Positions 17,062-26,348 of a stretch of 32,000 nucleotides of DNA are shown in pieces; the first letter of the stretch is position 1, and every line of letters begins with the position of its first letter. The DNA is from Thermoproteus tenax Kra 1 (GTDB lineage: Archaea > Thermoproteota > Thermoprotei > Thermoproteales > Thermoproteaceae), in assembly GCF_000253055.1 (NCBI RefSeq), contig NC_016070.1, positions 810,001-842,000 of the forward strand, given 5' to 3'. The notes under the pieces were generated by a model, which did no database searches, was not told the origin of the DNA, and worked only from the letters and a program-made list of their open reading frames with translations. The position numbers and the translations under genes are program-made.

Positions 17062-17739
17062 ATGAACAAGAACGGCATTATCGTCATGATATCCATCCTT
17101 CTGATAACAGTCGGAGTTCTGGTGTTGGCTCTAGGTCCCTACGAGAAGGGGCCCAAATACAAGCCGTATTGGGAGCAAGTCAATATAACCGCTCTGGCTG
17201 TACAAGGCCAGAATTTGGGTGTGGTAGTAAGCAGGGGAAACGGCGGTTGGGCTATTTTCGGCTACCTCGACAACATAACTATGCCTCAGAGGAGCCAACT
17301 CTTGGAGACGTTGCGACTTCTGGTCGCCGAAGCTGAACAATATAACTACACAGTTGTGTTGATACCGTGGGGGGCCGACAACAAGACTAACGCGGTTCTC
17401 TCGGCACTATATTCGGGCGCGTTGAGCCCGACACAATACCTCAACGGCTATGTGAATATCACTACGCAGATAGATCAGAACAGGATCAGTCAAGCTCAAG
17501 CCTACGCCTTGGAGTTGGACCAAGAACTGGGAAGCTATGAGGCGTATCCTGGTATACCGCTCATTCCCACGAGCCCTCCCACCATTTACGCCTATATTGT
17601 GAGGTCTGGGTGCTCCTACCCCGTGTACGAGCCCTATCAACCATTGAGAGATACAAGCTACATGAGCTGGGCCCGTTGGGTTCGCAACGCCTTGGCCAAC
17701 TTGCCCACACTTGTCGGCCAGCCGGGTTGTGTCTGGTGA
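17062..17739 (+). CDS. membrane-anchored or secreted glycoprotein-like protein (225 aa), function unknown
   Basis: N-terminal hydrophobic segment IIVMISILLITVGVLVLAL and several N-x-S/T sequons (NIT, NIT, NYT, NKT, NIT). It is the only gene between the two 44-nt repeat copies. Confidence 0.6.
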   Translation: MNKNGIIVMISILLITVGVLVLALGPYEKGPKYKPYWEQVNITALAVQGQNLGVVVSRGNGGWAIFGYLDNITMPQRSQLLETLRLLVAEAEQYNYTVVLIPWGADNKTNAVLSALYSGALSPTQYLNGYVNITTQIDQNRISQAQAYALELDQELGSYEAYPGIPLIPTSPPTIYAYIVRSGCSYPVYEPYQPLRDTSYMSWARWVRNALANLPTLVGQPGCVW

Positions 17740-17839
17740 TCGCTAGACGTAGATAGGGTCTATCATCTGAAGAGCCTACGCGTCTCTCGGCAGTGGGAGC
17801 GCGTTGCGAGCCTGAGCTCGCCGCCCATCCCTAGGCGCC

Positions 17840-17883
17840 GCCAGCCACTTCTGCCTCGCCCGCGCCTTTCCCGACAGCCCAGT
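17840..17883 (+). repeat. copy 2 of the perfect 44-nt direct repeat
   Basis: Identical to 16682-16725 and located 1158 nt downstream of copy 1. Confidence 0.95.
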
Positions 17884-18077
17884 AGGATCGGGCGCAAGGG
17901 AGCCAGATAGCGCGCCCTCCTCAATTGAGGCGGGTCCCTCGCTGTCAAGCGGACACGCGAGCCGCGCGATCGCCAGGGCCGACGACCACGAAGAGAAAAC
18001 TGCTGCTCCAGCGTAAAAGGAAAGGCATTTCGGGCCATGTAGAGAGGAGAATTAAAAATCTCGGCTTCAAGATTTTC

Positions 18078-19162
<1,085 letters not shown>

Positions 19163-19262
19163 ATATTTTTTTGTTTTTAAATAGAGAATAATATAATAAG
19201 GTTGGTTCATCCAAAAAAGCGCGAAGGTTAAAGCCAGAAGGTTATATAGAGAATAATCTGAC

Positions 19263-19820
19263 GTGGAGCACATCTCCCTCCTCAGGCTTGTGGACGTCGT
19301 ACATGCACTCTTTGCCATGGAGCGCGAGCCCTACGCCTACGAGGCATTCATACGCGCGGCGAACAGCTGGGCCCTAAGGGCTTTGTCCAACGCGCCGGGG
19401 AGAGACTTGAGAGCCAAGGCGTGTAACGCGCTGGGACAGTCCTTGGGTAAGCTGATATCTCAGCTCAGGGCGCCCAGTGTGCTGAAGATCCCCTGCTCCA
19501 TCAGACAGGCGTTGAACATAGATCGAATAAAGTACACAGGATGCCCTAAGTTTCTGGCCGAGTGGGGGGCGGAATACGTCTATAGGCTCGTCTACGACGA
19601 GAGACTGAGGCGCTTAGCTATAAAGAGTGCCATGAGGAACCTATCGCTGTATGCGCACAAGGGACTAAGAGTGGAGGGAGCGCACGCCTCGGAGTGGCTC
19701 GCCGAGGACGCGGTCTCCGCCACGGGCAGTGTAGAGTGGAAGCCGTATCTAAAGAGGCTGTTGTCGGACATATTGCCCCTGTGCCAAGAAGTCGGAGCTC
19801 TCTTGGAGTTAGAGGGATGA
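19263..19820 (+). CDS. hypothetical protein (185 aa)
   Basis: GTG-started ORF immediately after an AT-rich island. Helical, Arg/Leu/Ala-rich. Its stop overlaps the next ATG in an ATGA arrangement. No motif recognised. Confidence 0.5.
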   Translation: MEHISLLRLVDVVHALFAMEREPYAYEAFIRAANSWALRALSNAPGRDLRAKACNALGQSLGKLISQLRAPSVLKIPCSIRQALNIDRIKYTGCPKFLAEWGAEYVYRLVYDERLRRLAIKSAMRNLSLYAHKGLRVEGAHASEWLAEDAVSATGSVEWKPYLKRLLSDILPLCQEVGALLELEG

Positions 19821-20530
19821 AGGTGAAGGTGGATATTTTGGCAGTGAGGGAGGCCGAGCTGTTGGTTGAGAGGTTGAGGTCTGCCGGAGCTGTGGTGGTC
19901 GACCCCTACCCTGAGGCGATCCCCACGCTGCTTCAAGACAAGCTGTTGTATCTCTCGTCGTCTATATACGGCAACCTCAGCCCCCTTCCGCTCTTTGAGT
20001 TCGGAAAGGGAGGCAGACGTTATGTTCTTTCGAACAGAGTTCACGCGGAGCTGGCCGAACTTCTCCCGGACCTAAAGGTGATCCACGTAGACGTTAGAGA
20101 GGAGGCGCTCTACCCCTTCGCGGCCTTAGCGTTGGTGTTAAACGATTTGGGCCTCACGCGGCTCAATAGGAAGTTCTTGAACGAGTACGTCTGTCCGGAG
20201 ATACAACAGCTGGATCAGGACGACGTTCCTCTGGCCCGAGAAATAAGGGAGGTGCTCTCGAAGTACTTCAAGCTCTGGCGTCGGGGAACATTGTGGAGGC
20301 TCTGCGGCCTTGGGCCCATCAACGGAGAGAAAAGCGATATAAATATAGATACCATCGCGGTCCGCATCGTCGAGAGCAATAGAAAGTTAAAGCCGAGCAT
20401 ATCGGTGGACGAATTAGAGATAGGCCTAAGAGGTGAGGACAAGGCGTTGTTGGCCAGAGTCGCGAGGGGGCTGAGGATACCAGGCTTTAGGGCAGAGCTG
20501 GAGGAGCTCCTCAGGCGTTATGATTTATAG
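19817..20530 (+). CDS. hypothetical protein (237 aa)
   Basis: Uses the inner ATG at 19817 of track ORF 19694..20530, which forms an ATGA overlap with the upstream stop. The protein starts MKVKVDILAVREAELL... No motif recognised. Confidence 0.55.
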   Translation: MKVKVDILAVREAELLVERLRSAGAVVVDPYPEAIPTLLQDKLLYLSSSIYGNLSPLPLFEFGKGGRRYVLSNRVHAELAELLPDLKVIHVDVREEALYPFAALALVLNDLGLTRLNRKFLNEYVCPEIQQLDQDDVPLAREIREVLSKYFKLWRRGTLWRLCGLGPINGEKSDINIDTIAVRIVESNRKLKPSISVDELEIGLRGEDKALLARVARGLRIPGFRAELEELLRRYDL

Positions 20531-20610
20531 TCGATAGGTCCGACGGACGCCCTCGCTGTGATGTCGTAAACAGCAAGCCTCGTCCTTTAGGGCGGGGTCA
20601 GGCTTTAGGC

Positions 20611-20620
20611 TTCTTTTTTC
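20611..20620 (+). terminator. oligo-T tract, candidate archaeal intrinsic terminator
   Basis: TTCTTTTTTC lies about 85 nt after the 20530 stop and before the next operon. Archaeal termination typically occurs at T-tracts. Confidence 0.35.
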
Positions 20621-20764
20621 CTTCATAGCAGAGCGGTGAAGAAGGCTAAGAGGCTTAAACCGGCAGCGGGCGCCTAGGGACAGATGGCGAATTCGGAGCC
20701 CCCCAGAGAGAGCCGGCGTTGCATAAGGGAAAGGAGTAGACGCCCACGGAAATACTACCCTTTT

Positions 20765-21469
20765 ATGGGCGTCAAATTTGCAATAGTCTACTCGGTCGAC
20801 GGCGGAGTGGGGAAGACGACTTTAGCCACCGCGATAGCTTTAGAGAAAGAGCGCGTGCTACTGATAGATGCCGACTGGGAGAAGGCAGACCTCTCGGCGT
20901 TGTTCGGAGCTCCGAGGAGACCCGGCTGGCTCTCCGGCTATTATGGCAAAGACGTATATTTGCATAAGGTAAAACCTAACATATATTTGTTACCAGGCTT
21001 TGATGCGGCGGCCTTATATCAACGGGGGGACATGACCGACGCCGAGCTTTTCGACGCGTTGTTTCAAGTCCTCTCGGCGTTGCCGGACGCAGTGGCCGAG
21101 GAGAGACTGCCAGTGGACACAATCGTCGTGGATACTCCCAAGGCCCCGCAGCTAACGTGGATTGAGAAGCTCCAGAGGAGACTTAAGGCACAAGCGTTCT
21201 TTATCGCCGATAGACGGCTCGTGGTCAGACTTGCAGACGTCAAAATGCAGATCTACGGCAAATACATGCGTTATGCCTCCCTCGTCGTAGCGAACATGTT
21301 GGAGAAAGAGGACGAAAAGATGCCGGGAATCAAGATGATGAACGCTTACCTTAACAGGGTTAAGATGCCCTCAGAGTACACCGCCGAGGCGGTCCACAAG
21401 AGCTTGCTCTCCAACAGGAGGAATAAGGAGGCGGTTCGTATGTTGGTGCGTTGGATTAAAGAGAGATGA
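20765..21469 (+). CDS. ParA/MinD/CpaE-like SIMIBI-class P-loop NTPase
   Basis: Uses the inner ATG (20765) of track ORF 20684..21469. MGVKFAIVYSVDGGVGKTTLATAIA (Walker A), LLIDAD (A'), TIVVDTP (Walker B). Its stop overlaps the next ATG (ATGA at 21466). Confidence 0.8.
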   Translation: MGVKFAIVYSVDGGVGKTTLATAIALEKERVLLIDADWEKADLSALFGAPRRPGWLSGYYGKDVYLHKVKPNIYLLPGFDAAALYQRGDMTDAELFDALFQVLSALPDAVAEERLPVDTIVVDTPKAPQLTWIEKLQRRLKAQAFFIADRRLVVRLADVKMQIYGKYMRYASLVVANMLEKEDEKMPGIKMMNAYLNRVKMPSEYTAEAVHKSLLSNRRNKEAVRMLVRWIKER

Positions 21470-23097
21470 GCTTGGCGGGGGCCCTATTGGCAGAGACGGA
21501 CAAGACCCTCATCGCCCGTTGCGTTGTAGTCAAGAGGGGAGTTATTGTGCACGGGAACTATGCTACAGATACCTGTATAACAGAGGACGGCCAGTACGTC
21601 ATCATAGACCCCGAAGTGCCTGAGCCCTTAAAGAGAGCCCTCGCATTGGCGACGCTCAGAGGAGCCATCCCTCCCGACTACCAGGAGTACGATAGAGCCA
21701 TGCGCGATGCCTTAGCGGTCCTGGCGGACGGCCGGAGCCTCCTCGCATGGAGAAAGAGGAGGGATATGCTCCGCCTCTACAGAGAGTACCGCCCATTGGT
21801 GCACTACATACTCGATCGATGGACAGGCCATGGGGAGCTGGGAGGCTACGGCGTATTAGAGCCCCTCTTGAGGGACGACCTCCTCACAGAGGTGGTTGTG
21901 CCTCAGCCGCTTGCGCCTCCAATGCGCTGGACAGAGCTACCGAAGAGCCCGCGGCAGTTGCTCGATAAAATATACGCAGAGGTCGTAGAATTGGGCAGGT
22001 TCAGAAGAGTGGTAGCCGTGAGGAACAACGCGAGGATGCCCACGAACGCTGTCGTGCCGGAGGCCTTCATGCCCCTTTTGGTGAAGAAGCTCATCCCGAG
22101 CCTCACTCTTGAGAGGCCGTTTCAGACCCGCGAGGATCCAGTCTACAGAATACGTATAGCGGCCGATCTGCTTGAGTATAATATTAATATCAGAAAGATG
22201 AGCGAGGTGCCGAGACCGTCTCCATCGCTCCTAAAGACCTATCTGGTGGCGCCCAAGCCTCCCCAAAACGGCGCCGCTATAGCGGCGGAGCTCAAGGGGC
22301 TGGAGCTCTTCGCCCTCGCCACTATAGCGGCGGAGGCAAAGTGGACTGTCGTCTTCTCTGGGGCCATGGGGACGGGCAAAACTACCCAACTCAACTTGCT
22401 CCTCTACTTCACTCCTCCTTGGATCCAAGTGGTCGTCATCGAGAGAGGCGCCAGGGAGGTGTGGGCCCCTCTGGAGGATCAGATATTGCACATATCGGTG
22501 CCCTCTGAGGCGAAGCTAGAGGAGGCCCTCGATCAAGCGCTCCGATATGGCACGATGGAGAGCATCATAGCGTTGGCGGAGGCGCGCACGGCGCGGGAGC
22601 TCAACACGCTCGTGTCGTACAAGCTCACAGGCCATGGGGGGCTGACAACGATTCACGCAGACACCATACACGATGCGCTTCTGAGGATTACTAGGTCAGG
22701 CGCGCCCTCAGAGGCTCTGGCCAATACTCTTATACTACAGCTGGGCGTCTCCAACGCCGTCAGATACTTAAAGGAGTGGAAGGCGTTGATCGCAAAGGGC
22801 GGCGAGGTGGCCGAGGCTTCGGGCCCAGAGGTTCTAGCCGCTTTGGAGGGATACACGAGGGCGGTCTACGCGACCTCAATACTGGAGGAGATCAAACTGA
22901 GGGTCGAGTTGATCCGCGCAGTAGCCGAAAAGGAGCTGGAGCCGCTCGAAGCTCGAGAGAGGATCGTGAGGCTATTCAGACGGAGGAGGACGTCAGTTAT
23001 ACAAGAGGCGTTCAAGTTCGGCTATTCATATTTACGTGAGGTTGAAAATCCAACACAACAAGGAGGAGCAAGCCGCCGGAGCGACAGACCTGTTTAA
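21466..23097 (+). CDS. type IV filament / secretion ATPase of the FlaI-TadA-VirB11 (GspE) superfamily
   Basis: 543 aa. Walker A FSGAMGTGKTT; Asp-box-like VVVIERGAREV; Walker-B-like ESIIALAEARTARE; His box TGHGGLTTIHADTIHDALLRI. A long N-terminal domain of about 290 aa resembles that of FlaI. Confidence 0.88.
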   Translation: MSLAGALLAETDKTLIARCVVVKRGVIVHGNYATDTCITEDGQYVIIDPEVPEPLKRALALATLRGAIPPDYQEYDRAMRDALAVLADGRSLLAWRKRRDMLRLYREYRPLVHYILDRWTGHGELGGYGVLEPLLRDDLLTEVVVPQPLAPPMRWTELPKSPRQLLDKIYAEVVELGRFRRVVAVRNNARMPTNAVVPEAFMPLLVKKLIPSLTLERPFQTREDPVYRIRIAADLLEYNINIRKMSEVPRPSPSLLKTYLVAPKPPQNGAAIAAELKGLELFALATIAAEAKWTVVFSGAMGTGKTTQLNLLLYFTPPWIQVVVIERGAREVWAPLEDQILHISVPSEAKLEEALDQALRYGTMESIIALAEARTARELNTLVSYKLTGHGGLTTIHADTIHDALLRITRSGAPSEALANTLILQLGVSNAVRYLKEWKALIAKGGEVAEASGPEVLAALEGYTRAVYATSILEEIKLRVELIRAVAEKELEPLEARERIVRLFRRRRTSVIQEAFKFGYSYLREVENPTQQGGASRRSDRPV

Positions 23098-23317
23098 CGA
23101 TACAAGCGAAGGCCTGGACGACATAGGGCACAAACAGAGCGCGGACAGCTGGGCCTTAGACTTCATAAAGTCGTTGGAGAGAGCCCCTAGGGAGGTCCTG
23201 GACAAACTGGGCCCGGAGGTGCTTGAGGCGGCCCTGCGCGAGGCGGCCAACTTGGACGGCGACGCCGGCGTAGTGGCTCGCCTCGCTATAACGTTGTTGA
23301 GGAGGTGCAGAGGATGA
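23036..23317 (+). CDS. small soluble acidic helical protein, unknown function
   Basis: Track ORF with a GTG start that overlaps the ATPase end by 62 nt; the true start may be later. No hydrophobic segment. Its stop overlaps the next ATG (ATGA at 23314). Confidence 0.35.
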   Translation: MRLKIQHNKEEQAAGATDLFNDTSEGLDDIGHKQSADSWALDFIKSLERAPREVLDKLGPEVLEAALREAANLDGDAGVVARLAITLLRRCRG

Positions 23318-23700
23318 GGGAGTGCGAAAAATTGATCGATGAGGGATATACGAAGGAGGCGGCAGAGGAGCTGTGCGAGACTGCTAAGGCTCTGGGCATA
23401 AAGCCCGCCAAACTGATAGCGGCGGCCAGAAGGCTGGAGAGGGAGGGAATCGCGTTGACGAGGGAGGACTGGCTTGTCGTTAAAGACGTCATGAGCAAGG
23501 GCTACTCGCTCGGCACAGTGGTGGACTACATAATAAAGAGACATAGATCGGGACTCTCGGCCAGACAGATAATAGAGGAGCTCCCTCTGGCGGCGAGCGC
23601 CTCCGCGAGGAGGGCGCACATACTGGGCAATCTGATAAAGTTGCTCCACGCGCCGGAGTGGTTCATTGCTGAGAACAAAGAGGAGGGTAAAGCGCGATGA
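23314..23700 (+). CDS. small soluble protein (128 aa), possibly with two helix-turn-helix-like repeats
   Basis: Uses the inner ATG at 23314 of track ORF 23305..23700. Two similar segments are present: GYTKEAAEELCETAKALGI and GYSLGTVVDYIIKRHRSGLSARQIIEEL. Its stop overlaps the next ATG (ATGA at 23697). Confidence 0.5.
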   Translation: MRECEKLIDEGYTKEAAEELCETAKALGIKPAKLIAAARRLEREGIALTREDWLVVKDVMSKGYSLGTVVDYIIKRHRSGLSARQIIEELPLAASASARRAHILGNLIKLLHAPEWFIAENKEEGKAR

Positions 23701-24917
23701 ACAGAGAGGAGTTCTACCTGCTTGCAGCGCCCGTCTTTGCCACGTATTTGGCCAGAGTATCCTCTCAAGAGGCGCTCCGCTATACGGCCTCGGCGTTGGA
23801 GGACGTGGATGAGCGCCACTCGAGAGAGCTCTTGTTGACAAGCCTCACGCCAAACCCTGGCCCCAAGCTCGTCGAGGACAAGCTGCCTGTCGTGAGACAA
23901 TTCGGCTTTGCTGTATCTCAAGAGGAGGCCGGAGTGCCCAAGCCGGTCCTCGTTTCCTCCTTCCTCTCAAACCTCAGGGCATACGCCGTGGGCAAACTTG
24001 AGGCGGCCATGCAACAGTTCACGGGGCTTTTCTCAGCTATGGCCAGCATGATGTTTGCTCCGTTGCTGCTCCTGTTTCTCTACGCCTACGGTCTCTTCGG
24101 GATCAACCCGACGGAGCTCTACTCATTGGGCGCCCTTATCTCTTTGTTGATCTCGCTCCTGATATATAGGGCGATGCCTAAGGACCTCTCGCCGAGAGTC
24201 TACGGCCCGTCCCTCCCTCTGGCCATCGTCGCGGGCGCCGCCGTGGGCGCGTTGGCCTACAACTACGCGCTGCCGCTAGCTCTGGCGCCTCTTGTCGCCG
24301 GCGCCGTCCTTACCGCGTGGCTGTTGACGACTAGGAGGATCCGTTGGTACTCGCTGGCTCTGGAGGTGCCGCCCATGCTCCGCGACTTCGCCTCGCGCCT
24401 ATCCCAAGGCGTGCCGCCAGATTTGGCTATGAGGGAGGTGGCCGCCACATACAAGAGCGCCTGGATGATAGCCTACTTCTATAGCATTCCATCTCTGCTC
24501 TACTCCGTGGCCAAAGCCATGTATATGGCGATCTCCTGGGCCGGCCCCAACCTCGAGGCAGTGGACTACCTCCAAGCGCTCCTCAACGAGCGCGAGAGGG
24601 CCATGAGGAGGGTGACATCGCTGGCCTTCATATTCATAGCCGTCTACCTCGGCGCCTCTCTCCTGTTGGCCTACTCCCTCGATATATCTACTACTGCGCT
24701 TCAGACTGTGCCGTCCACCGGGCAGGCCATCCTCTATCCTGTACCTCCTCAACAGGCGGAATATGTCGTAGCACAGCTCTTGTCTCTTATGACAGCAGGA
24801 TTTCTATTCTCAGTGCTGATGCCCAACCGCGGCGCATGGCTCTCTCTATCTGTTGGCGGAATCGCCGGAGTTGCCCTCTTCTATTCACTAGGCTATCTGT
24901 GGGCTATATGGGCGTGA
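23697..24917 (+). CDS. polytopic membrane protein, candidate FlaJ/TadC/GspF-like platform
   Basis: 406 aa. A soluble N-terminus of about 95 aa is followed by 7-8 hydrophobic segments, for example MFAPLLLLFLYAYGLFGI, LPLAIVAGAAVGALAY, LAFIFIAVYLGASLLLAY and SVGGIAGVALFYSLGYLWAIW. Its position right after the ATPase is typical for platform proteins. Confidence 0.65.
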   Translation: MNREEFYLLAAPVFATYLARVSSQEALRYTASALEDVDERHSRELLLTSLTPNPGPKLVEDKLPVVRQFGFAVSQEEAGVPKPVLVSSFLSNLRAYAVGKLEAAMQQFTGLFSAMASMMFAPLLLLFLYAYGLFGINPTELYSLGALISLLISLLIYRAMPKDLSPRVYGPSLPLAIVAGAAVGALAYNYALPLALAPLVAGAVLTAWLLTTRRIRWYSLALEVPPMLRDFASRLSQGVPPDLAMREVAATYKSAWMIAYFYSIPSLLYSVAKAMYMAISWAGPNLEAVDYLQALLNERERAMRRVTSLAFIFIAVYLGASLLLAYSLDISTTALQTVPSTGQAILYPVPPQQAEYVVAQLLSLMTAGFLFSVLMPNRGAWLSLSVGGIAGVALFYSLGYLWAIWA

Positions 24918-25423
24918 GGGGCCTTATATCCTTACGCTGGCTGATAGTCTCAGCTGCGACCATCGCTGCCGTCGCCGCGCTGGCGCTGGCGCAGTATCAC
25001 GCCATGAGCGAGGCGCGGTCCAACTACCCGCTCCTCGCGTTGGCGCAAGCTGTGAGAGACCTGACCTCCGTCAGCCTGCCGGACTACGTCAGAGTTTACA
25101 CTATAGAGGTGCACTACGTATATACAAGCGGTAGATGGGCTCTGGAGCCGGGCCCATCGCCGCCCAACTGCTCCAGCTGTATTCCTCCGCGCGGTTGGCT
25201 CTACTCTGTGTCGTTCGGCGCCAACGCGACGCCGCCCTTCGGGGCTACATACACCGTCGAGAACGCCACGCTCCTGTTGGGGGAGTCGCTCGTCGTTCCT
25301 CCCTATTGGGAGAACGCCACGCTCCTCTACCTCTATCCCACATGTCGAGGCGGCTTTAACTTTAAGTTCCAGAGGACAGAGGCCTTCGATGGAGTTGCGT
25401 TAATAATAATCCAGTGCAGTTGA
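24908..25423 (+). CDS. pilin-like protein with a class-III-type N-terminus
   Basis: Uses the inner ATG (24908) of track ORF 24836..25423 and overlaps the platform gene stop. MGVRG|LISLRWLIVSAATIAAVAALALA fits the [KR]-G-[hydrophobic] pattern followed by a hydrophobic helix. Sequons NCS, NAT, NAT, NAT. Confidence 0.55.
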   Translation: MGVRGLISLRWLIVSAATIAAVAALALAQYHAMSEARSNYPLLALAQAVRDLTSVSLPDYVRVYTIEVHYVYTSGRWALEPGPSPPNCSSCIPPRGWLYSVSFGANATPPFGATYTVENATLLLGESLVVPPYWENATLLYLYPTCRGGFNFKFQRTEAFDGVALIIIQCS

Positions 25424-25531
25424 CGGCTCGTCCTAGGCGGTTGCCACCATGCCTTTAAGCTCGTAGAACCATCCCCAACTTCTGGACTGGCTGTTAGCAC
25501 CAGAGAGGGTCGGAAGACTCAATATTTTTTC

Positions 25532-26026
25532 ATGCACTCAACACAAAATAAGGTCGGGAAGATCGTTGGAAGGAAGCTGAGGGGCCAATCAGGGGGTATC
25601 GACGCATTAATAATATTGGCTATCGTGATAGCGGTAGCCGCTATAATAGCGCTAGCCATTATGAGGATGGGCCAGTCGGCCGCCTCTGCAACGAGAGCGC
25701 AAGTGTTGGCCACCGTGGGAACCCACTATATGACAGTGGAGGTTCAAGTTCTGTCTGGAAAGCTCAACCAACTGTATGTACAGTACTGGCCTGAGAACCA
25801 GCCGAATAATATAGCGAACACTCCAGGTTCCTGTTATACTAATTCGACGGGCTCTACTCCAGTGAGCTCTACCGGCCTCTCCTTATACTCGGGCCAGTCG
25901 GCGGTGTGTTACTTCCCCTTGTCGACTACGCCGGGGGTTCAGTACAGCTACGTCATCATAGGATACGACGCAAACGGGAGAGTGATCCAGCTCTCGAGGG
26001 GCGTCTTCACGGCCGGCGCCAGCTAG
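25532..26026 (+). CDS. pilin-like protein with a class-III signal peptide; candidate major subunit
   Basis: The leader MHSTQNKVGKIVGRKLRG|QSGGIDALIILAIVIAVAAIIALAI is basic and is followed by a hydrophobic helix. It is the only gene in the cluster preceded by a >100-nt gap, and it is followed by a double T-tract. Confidence 0.65.
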   Translation: MHSTQNKVGKIVGRKLRGQSGGIDALIILAIVIAVAAIIALAIMRMGQSAASATRAQVLATVGTHYMTVEVQVLSGKLNQLYVQYWPENQPNNIANTPGSCYTNSTGSTPVSSTGLSLYSGQSAVCYFPLSTTPGVQYSYVIIGYDANGRVIQLSRGVFTAGAS

Positions 26027-26047
26027 GCGCGAACTTCGCGCAATCCC

Positions 26048-26062
26048 TCTTTTTTAATTTTT
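26048..26062 (+). terminator. double oligo-T tract after the candidate major pilin gene
   Basis: TCTTTTTTAATTTTT lies 22 nt after the 26026 stop. Confidence 0.35.
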
Positions 26063-26335
26063 GTGGACGTAGATGTATATGCTATGGTCGTGATCCTCGC
26101 TATAGCCTTGGTCATAATAGCGATGGTTCAGCCCTTCGGCTACAACGGCCCCTCCCTCTCGGCAATCTATAGGTATTGGCCCCAGTACTACAACTTCACT
26201 GTATCAGGCGACGTCAACAAGCTCTTCTTTGTCAAATATATGACCTGTTGGATCTACAACGGCAGTTGGACGCAGATATCCAACGCAGGCGGGCTCGGAC
26301 TGGCGACGCACGTGGCCAACTTGATCTGCCGCTAG
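26063..26335 (+). CDS. small N-terminally anchored protein (90 aa)
   Basis: GTG start. MDVDVYAMVVILAIALVIIAMV forms a hydrophobic helix but has no K/R-G motif. Sequons NFT and NGS. Confidence 0.45.
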   Translation: MDVDVYAMVVILAIALVIIAMVQPFGYNGPSLSAIYRYWPQYYNFTVSGDVNKLFFVKYMTCWIYNGSWTQISNAGGLGLATHVANLICR

Positions 26336-26348
26336 ATCCATTTTTGAT

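Noticed and set aside
23032-23921. Minus-strand ORFs 23032..23841 (269 aa) and 23526..23921
   Set aside because: They are Arg/Ser/Leu/Pro-rich with no motifs, and they run antisense to a chain of ATGA-coupled plus-strand genes.
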